Assembly: GCA_048938855.1 (NCBI GenBank)
Contig: JBHLLT010000002.1
Location: 384,001 to 448,000, forward strand
Reading direction: 5' to 3'
DNA: 64,000 nucleotides
Source: Promethearchaeota archaeon
Lineage (GTDB): Archaea; Asgardarchaeota; Lokiarchaeia; Sigyniarchaeales; SOKP01
Shown here: positions 59,894 through 64,000 of the stretch, piece by piece
Layout of the letters: each line of letters opens with the position of its first letter
Position numbering within the stretch: position 1 is the first letter of the stretch
Notes under the pieces: model-generated
Databases searched by the model: none
What the model was told of the DNA's origin: nothing
The model's input: the letters and a program-made list of their open reading frames with translations, nothing else
Translations under genes and position numbers: made by a program

Positions 59894-60789
59894 TTTTTGA
59901 AATCAATATTTGTTAATTTAACACTTACATCCCAGAGTTGTTTAGCAACATCCGTATCATATGATATTTTCACAGATCTCTTTTCTTTTCTCTTTTTGAA
60001 ATATTTTCCACTTATTCCATCAATTTCTGGAGATGAAGCAAGGTATACTGGTGTTTTTGCGCCTTTTTTTGGGGTTAACATAAATAAACCAATTAAATGA
60101 TAGAAATATTTGACAAAGGGGCGATATTTACGTATCATATTTGTTTTAACATATCCTGGGTGAAGGCAATTTACTGAGACCCCTGAACCTTCGACTTTTT
60201 TAGCAAATTCATATGTAAAAAGGACAACTGCTAACTTTGATTGAGAATATGCTCTCCATTGACTATAATGATGGTCTCCATATAAGTCCTCAAAATCGAT
60301 AGATTTTGCTTGAACACTTGAAGCTACATTTACAATCCGAGCGTGTTTACTTTTCTTTAGTTTTTCAAATAATAAATTACAGAGCATAAAATGTGCTAAA
60401 TAATTTACGGCAAAAGTTGTTTCAATTCCGTCTTCTGTAAAAGTTTGCTTATGTAAATTAACACCAGCATTATTAATTAAAACGTGTAATTCATCATACT
60501 TATTATTGATTTCTGATACAAGTTTATGAATGCTCTTTTGAGATGATAAATCCGCTAAAATTAAATCAATAGACTCATTTCCAGTTTCTTTTTTAATTTC
60601 TGCTATTGCGTTTTCTGCTCGAGCTTTGTCTCGGCATACCAACACTAATGAAGCACCTAATTTTGCTAGACCGATCGCAGTTGCCTTACCAATTCCCGAA
60701 TTAGCACCCGTAATCATACAAACTTTTCCTTTCATTATTTTGGCTTTGTCATTATACATTATAGCCATTACCAATCGTTCAAAATACAC
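59890..60789 (-). CDS. Short-chain dehydrogenase/reductase (retinol dehydrogenase-like)
   Basis: TGANSGIG, LINNAG, YSQSK, LHPG. Confidence 0.92.
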   Translation of the reverse strand: MYFERLVMAIMYNDKAKIMKGKVCMITGANSGIGKATAIGLAKLGASLVLVCRDKARAENAIAEIKKETGNESIDLILADLSSQKSIHKLVSEINNKYDELHVLINNAGVNLHKQTFTEDGIETTFAVNYLAHFMLCNLLFEKLKKSKHARIVNVASSVQAKSIDFEDLYGDHHYSQWRAYSQSKLAVVLFTYEFAKKVEGSGVSVNCLHPGYVKTNMIRKYRPFVKYFYHLIGLFMLTPKKGAKTPVYLASSPEIDGISGKYFKKRKEKRSVKISYDTDVAKQLWDVSVKLTNIDFKN

Positions 60790-60855
60790 TTAATTTCCTA
60801 ATTATAAAGAATAGAATAAGTAGGAAAATAATGTAAAACTAATAAAACCTACTTC

Positions 60856-61079
60856 TTAACTGTTGAAATTCGTGAGATCAACACATACATCCCAATTTTT
60901 TTTGCAGGCGACATTGCATAAGTAATATTACTTGGTTTACTCTTCTTTTATTAAATAAAATATTTTTCAGTTTTATTTTCTACTTCTGGTGATAGTGGTA
61001 AATATATTGAAGGTTTTACTCCTACATCAGGACTTTTATTAAAACGAAAAAAGATTTTTGTAAGCAATTTTAAAAACCT
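60856..61079 (-). pseudogene. Decayed C-terminal fragment of a second SDR
   Basis: Reads KSPDVGVKPSIYLPLSPEVENKTEKYFI**KKSKPSNITY.../WDVCVDLTN, paralleling TPKKGAKTPVYLASSPEIDGISGKYF...SY...WDVSVKLTN of the neighbour; two stops and a frameshift. Confidence 0.75.
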
Positions 61080-61136
61080 TCTCTATCAAAGTATGGATCT
61101 CTTAACTCGAAAAAGATTAGAAATCAAGAATTCAAA

Positions 61137-62084
61137 TTATTTTTTTGTAACCTTCCTAACATTTTTAACTAAATAGCCCCAAAAAGTATCTTTTACAAGT
61201 CTTCCACTAAAACTGATTTTATCGCCTTTTTTAAAATTATTTTCATTCTGTAATTTTGCACTTAACCGTAATTTTAAACTTTCAATATTCTCGATATCTT
61301 CTTCCCGATAATCACTTGCTTTTTTTAATTTGGAGCCAATTTTCAGATTTTCAAGTGATATCATATAGAAAATTGTTATATTTCCTTGAAATTCAGATTC
61401 TCGTTCAACTATCTCAACAATTTCTCCTTCATATATGGTAATTGAAGTATCAAGATATTTCATAAGTGTTCCACCTGAAGAGGTCTCATCAATTAATACT
61501 GCTGATTTTTGTTTCCCTTTCACATTTTCTCCTACTTGAACTTCCGCAAGTTTAATCGTTTTAACTTTCTTTTCAAAATCATCAGGCAGAGCTGTTAGAG
61601 TCCAGTCAGAAAGATTAAACCAATTTTGTTTTAAAGAATAGATGAATCCAATCCAAAAATGACTACAAAACCCCATATTTGCCCCAATTTTGCAATCACA
61701 GTCACGTTCAGGATTTTTTATATTATTTGGGTTAATGGACAGATAAGATTCTGTTTCCCAGTTCCATCCTTTAAATTTTAATTCGATTTCATGTTTACTA
61801 GGGTTTATAATCCTAATTTCAGCTACACTTTCTCTGTCTTCGCCATTAATCTTTTTTATTGCTAAATCAATTCCACTTGAGATAATCTCAACTTCTCTCT
61901 GTTTTAAAAGATCTTTCAATTCTTCTTCTGCTAACGAATCAAGAATATAATCAATTAATTCTGATTTTTTTAATTTTGAAAAACCTTTTATTTCAAAATC
62001 TCGACAAATTTGCTTCAAAGCATCATTGTTTAAGTACTGTAAAAGGTATTTCGAATATGTTTTATCATCAAGCTCTCTATTCAT
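61137..62084 (-). CDS. SWIM zinc-finger protein with an N-terminal Rho-N/SAP-like motif and a possible C-terminal OB fold
   Basis: LKQICRDFEIKGFSKLKKSELI, CDC...CSH, beta-rich C-terminus (KKGDKISFSG). Confidence 0.7.
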   Translation of the reverse strand: MNRELDDKTYSKYLLQYLNNDALKQICRDFEIKGFSKLKKSELIDYILDSLAEEELKDLLKQREVEIISSGIDLAIKKINGEDRESVAEIRIINPSKHEIELKFKGWNWETESYLSINPNNIKNPERDCDCKIGANMGFCSHFWIGFIYSLKQNWFNLSDWTLTALPDDFEKKVKTIKLAEVQVGENVKGKQKSAVLIDETSSGGTLMKYLDTSITIYEGEIVEIVERESEFQGNITIFYMISLENLKIGSKLKKASDYREEDIENIESLKLRLSAKLQNENNFKKGDKISFSGRLVKDTFWGYLVKNVRKVTKK

Positions 62085-62233
62085 TATATCTTATAATCCA
62101 CATTTTTAAATTATGAATTCTCCAAATATATTTTTGTTATATTGCTTATATTTCTAACTATTATAACAATCCTAGAAAACCGTTATAATTTGTAAATAAT
62201 ACTTAAAATTAATGTCTATTATAGAAATAAGAC

Positions 62234-62848
62234 CTATTTGGTCATTGTTCCTCTAACGAGAAATGCTGTTAAATTATTTACAAGTTCTTCTTCATCTAAT
62301 TCAAAACCACTACGAATCCACCAAATAAACACTCCAAGTACCGTAGATGTCCAAATTCTAGCTGAGATCTTAGGGTCTTGGTCTCGAGCACCGTATTCTG
62401 ATAACTTTATTATGATTTTTTCAACTTCCTGTGTAAAATTATCCATTATTTCATTTCTTTTTATGCGATATTTTTGGTCCATTCCCCCCATTTGCTCAAA
62501 GAAAATTAGAAAAGTTTCTTTTTTTTCCTTAAACATTTTCGCGTATCCCCGAAAAAGTTTCTTAACTGCAGAGATTGGGGGAATTCTATTTTCTCTGAAA
62601 TAAATGAATAATTCTCTAAATTTGCTTATCATAAGTTCAGCTAACCCACTAATTAACACTTCTATCACATCCTCTTTTGAATTAAAGTAATTATAGAAGT
62701 TCCCTACGCTCGTATTAGCCTTGTTTGTTATATCTTTTATTCGGGTATTATTAAATCCCTTTTTTTCAAAGACAGTGAGAGCTGATATTATAAAAAGATT
62801 TCTTTTTTCCTTTTTAATTCTCTCACTTTTTTTTTTTCTTAAAGACAA
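62234..62848 (-). CDS. TetR/AcrR-family transcriptional regulator
   Basis: VFEKKGFNNTRIKDITNKANTSVGNFYNYFNSKED. Confidence 0.92.
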   Translation of the reverse strand: MSLRKKKSERIKKEKRNLFIISALTVFEKKGFNNTRIKDITNKANTSVGNFYNYFNSKEDVIEVLISGLAELMISKFRELFIYFRENRIPPISAVKKLFRGYAKMFKEKKETFLIFFEQMGGMDQKYRIKRNEIMDNFTQEVEKIIIKLSEYGARDQDPKISARIWTSTVLGVFIWWIRSGFELDEEELVNNLTAFLVRGTMTK

Positions 62849-63125
62849 GTATAATCAACTCAAAAAATTAATTTAAACATTTACAAACTTCATTAAAAAT
62901 ATTATAAATCTTAAGAAATCATGCTATAATTTATTACTTTTTAATCTTCAAACCAATGAATTTTCAATAAATTTTTAAAAATTGAAAAATTGGGCAAATA
63001 TCACAATTTAAGTAGGACAATAAAGACAAATAATAAGAAGAGGGAAATTAATGGGAAAAGTTTAATAATATTTATTTCATATTTTTTCAATACTATAAGC
63101 TAAATTAAAAAAGATATAAAAAAAA

Positions 63126-63141
63126 GAATGAACCTTCATTC
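63126..63141. promoter_or_regulatory. Perfect palindrome GAATGAA-CC-TTCATTC, candidate TetR operator
   Basis: Located in the region divergent from tetR; weaker copy AATGAATTTTCAAT at 62955-62968. Confidence 0.55.
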
Positions 63142-63284
63142 ACTGAATGATGATTCGGTAAATTACAAGAAATTTACACTGTTGCATGTGTAGGAAAATA
63201 TTTATATACTAGACTTGTTTATTTAATTAAAAAAACATTTGAATAAAATAAGAATTGGTGATTACGATACTCAAAGAGGATATA

Positions 63285-63470
63285 ATGAAGTATTTTGGTG
63301 AAATTAAATTTGCTGAACATAATAGTCTTGCTATTAATGATTTCGAACGTGCCTTCAAGAAACATTTTTCTGGGAAAACTAAATTACCCCGTGGCCGCTA
63401 TAAATTCGGTGAAATTGACAATTCTTCAGTAAAGGATTTTACTAAATCGTTTATAAGTTATTTCGAATAA
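63285..63470 (+). CDS. 61-aa hypothetical protein with an internal duplication
   Basis: GAGGA SD before the ATG at 63285; FGEI...DF...F...F occurs twice. Confidence 0.6.
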   Translation: MKYFGEIKFAEHNSLAINDFERAFKKHFSGKTKLPRGRYKFGEIDNSSVKDFTKSFISYFE

Positions 63471-63584
63471 GCAAAAGCTTATTTTGTTATATATTTATAT
63501 TTATTTTCATCTTATTTTTCTAAAATTACTTACTGTCAATCATATTTGATTAAAAAATAAATAGCTTTTTGCATTTCCAAAAAT

Positions 63585-64000
63585 ATGGAAGCTATAAAAA
63601 AAGTATTTATTGAAACAAATGGGATAAAGCTTCATACTATAATCGTCGGATCTGGAGAGCCCTTGATATTATTACATGGGTTTCCAGAATTTTGGTATTG
63701 TTGGTCAAAAGTGATTCCGCTTCTTAAAGATGATTTCAAATTGATTATCCCGGATATGAGAGGTTACAATTTATCTGATAAACCTAAAGGTATAGAAAAC
63801 TATACAGTAGAAATTTTAGTAGATGATATTAAAGGATTATCTGAAGAACTAGGATTGGGAAAATTCAGCCTTATAGGTCATGATTGGGGGGGAGCAGTAG
63901 CCTGGATTTGTGCTGAAAAATATCCAGAGCTATTAAATAAACTGGTAATACTAAATTCTCCTCATCCAAAAATTTTTTCTCAAAAGCTAAGAACTGATAG
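63585..64000 (+). CDS. Alpha/beta hydrolase, epoxide hydrolase-like (3' end outside the window)
   Basis: Manual translation gives LLHGFPEFWYCW, PDMRGYNLSDKP and nucleophile motif GHDWGG. Confidence 0.9.
   Translation, partial: MEAIKKVFIETNGIKLHTIIVGSGEPLILLHGFPEFWYCWSKVIPLLKDDFKLIIPDMRGYNLSDKPKGIENYTVEILVDDIKGLSEELGLGKFSLIGHDWGGAVAWICAEKYPELLNKLVILNSPHPKIFSQKLRTD

Overview
AT-rich archaeal chromosome segment (roughly 30% GC by eye), most consistent with an Asgard archaeon of the Lokiarchaeia. This assignment is an inference from PolB1 plus PolB2, tetraether synthase, an intron-containing tRNA without encoded CCA, and GGTGA-type ribosome-binding sites. No mobile element, CRISPR array or rRNA is visible. 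Contents in order: 5'-truncated PolB2; a TrmB-type regulator divergent from a Cys-rich peptide/GyrI-like operon; GH20; acyl-CoA ligase, a HEAT-repeat protein and a Liv-type ABC importer; a 2853-aa almost purely transmembrane protein; GH4; DapL-like aminotransferase; MFS; an oxidoreductase pair; a ~13 kb phosphate island (AbrB-PhoU regulator, three DUF47 genes, PiT, a non-Pst ABC importer, alkaline-phosphatase-superfamily enzyme); creatininase; M42 peptidase; tRNA-Thr(UGU); geranylgeranyl reductase; PolB1; a tes (GDGT-MAS) cluster; pncB; an SDR and its decayed copy; a SWIM protein; TetR; and a 3'-truncated alpha/beta hydrolase. Best candidates for new biology: (1) a putative Pho regulon marked by clustered CTATATA(G) boxes, including an ABC importer whose two ATPases concentrate all their defects in one composite site; (2) a tes cluster encoding a stand-alone protein built from two copies of the Tes N-terminal Cys3His metal domain; (3) the giant membrane protein; (4) ATT/CTG start codons, unannotated small ORFs and a candidate structured RNA. 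All family calls come from motif recognition, not database searches.
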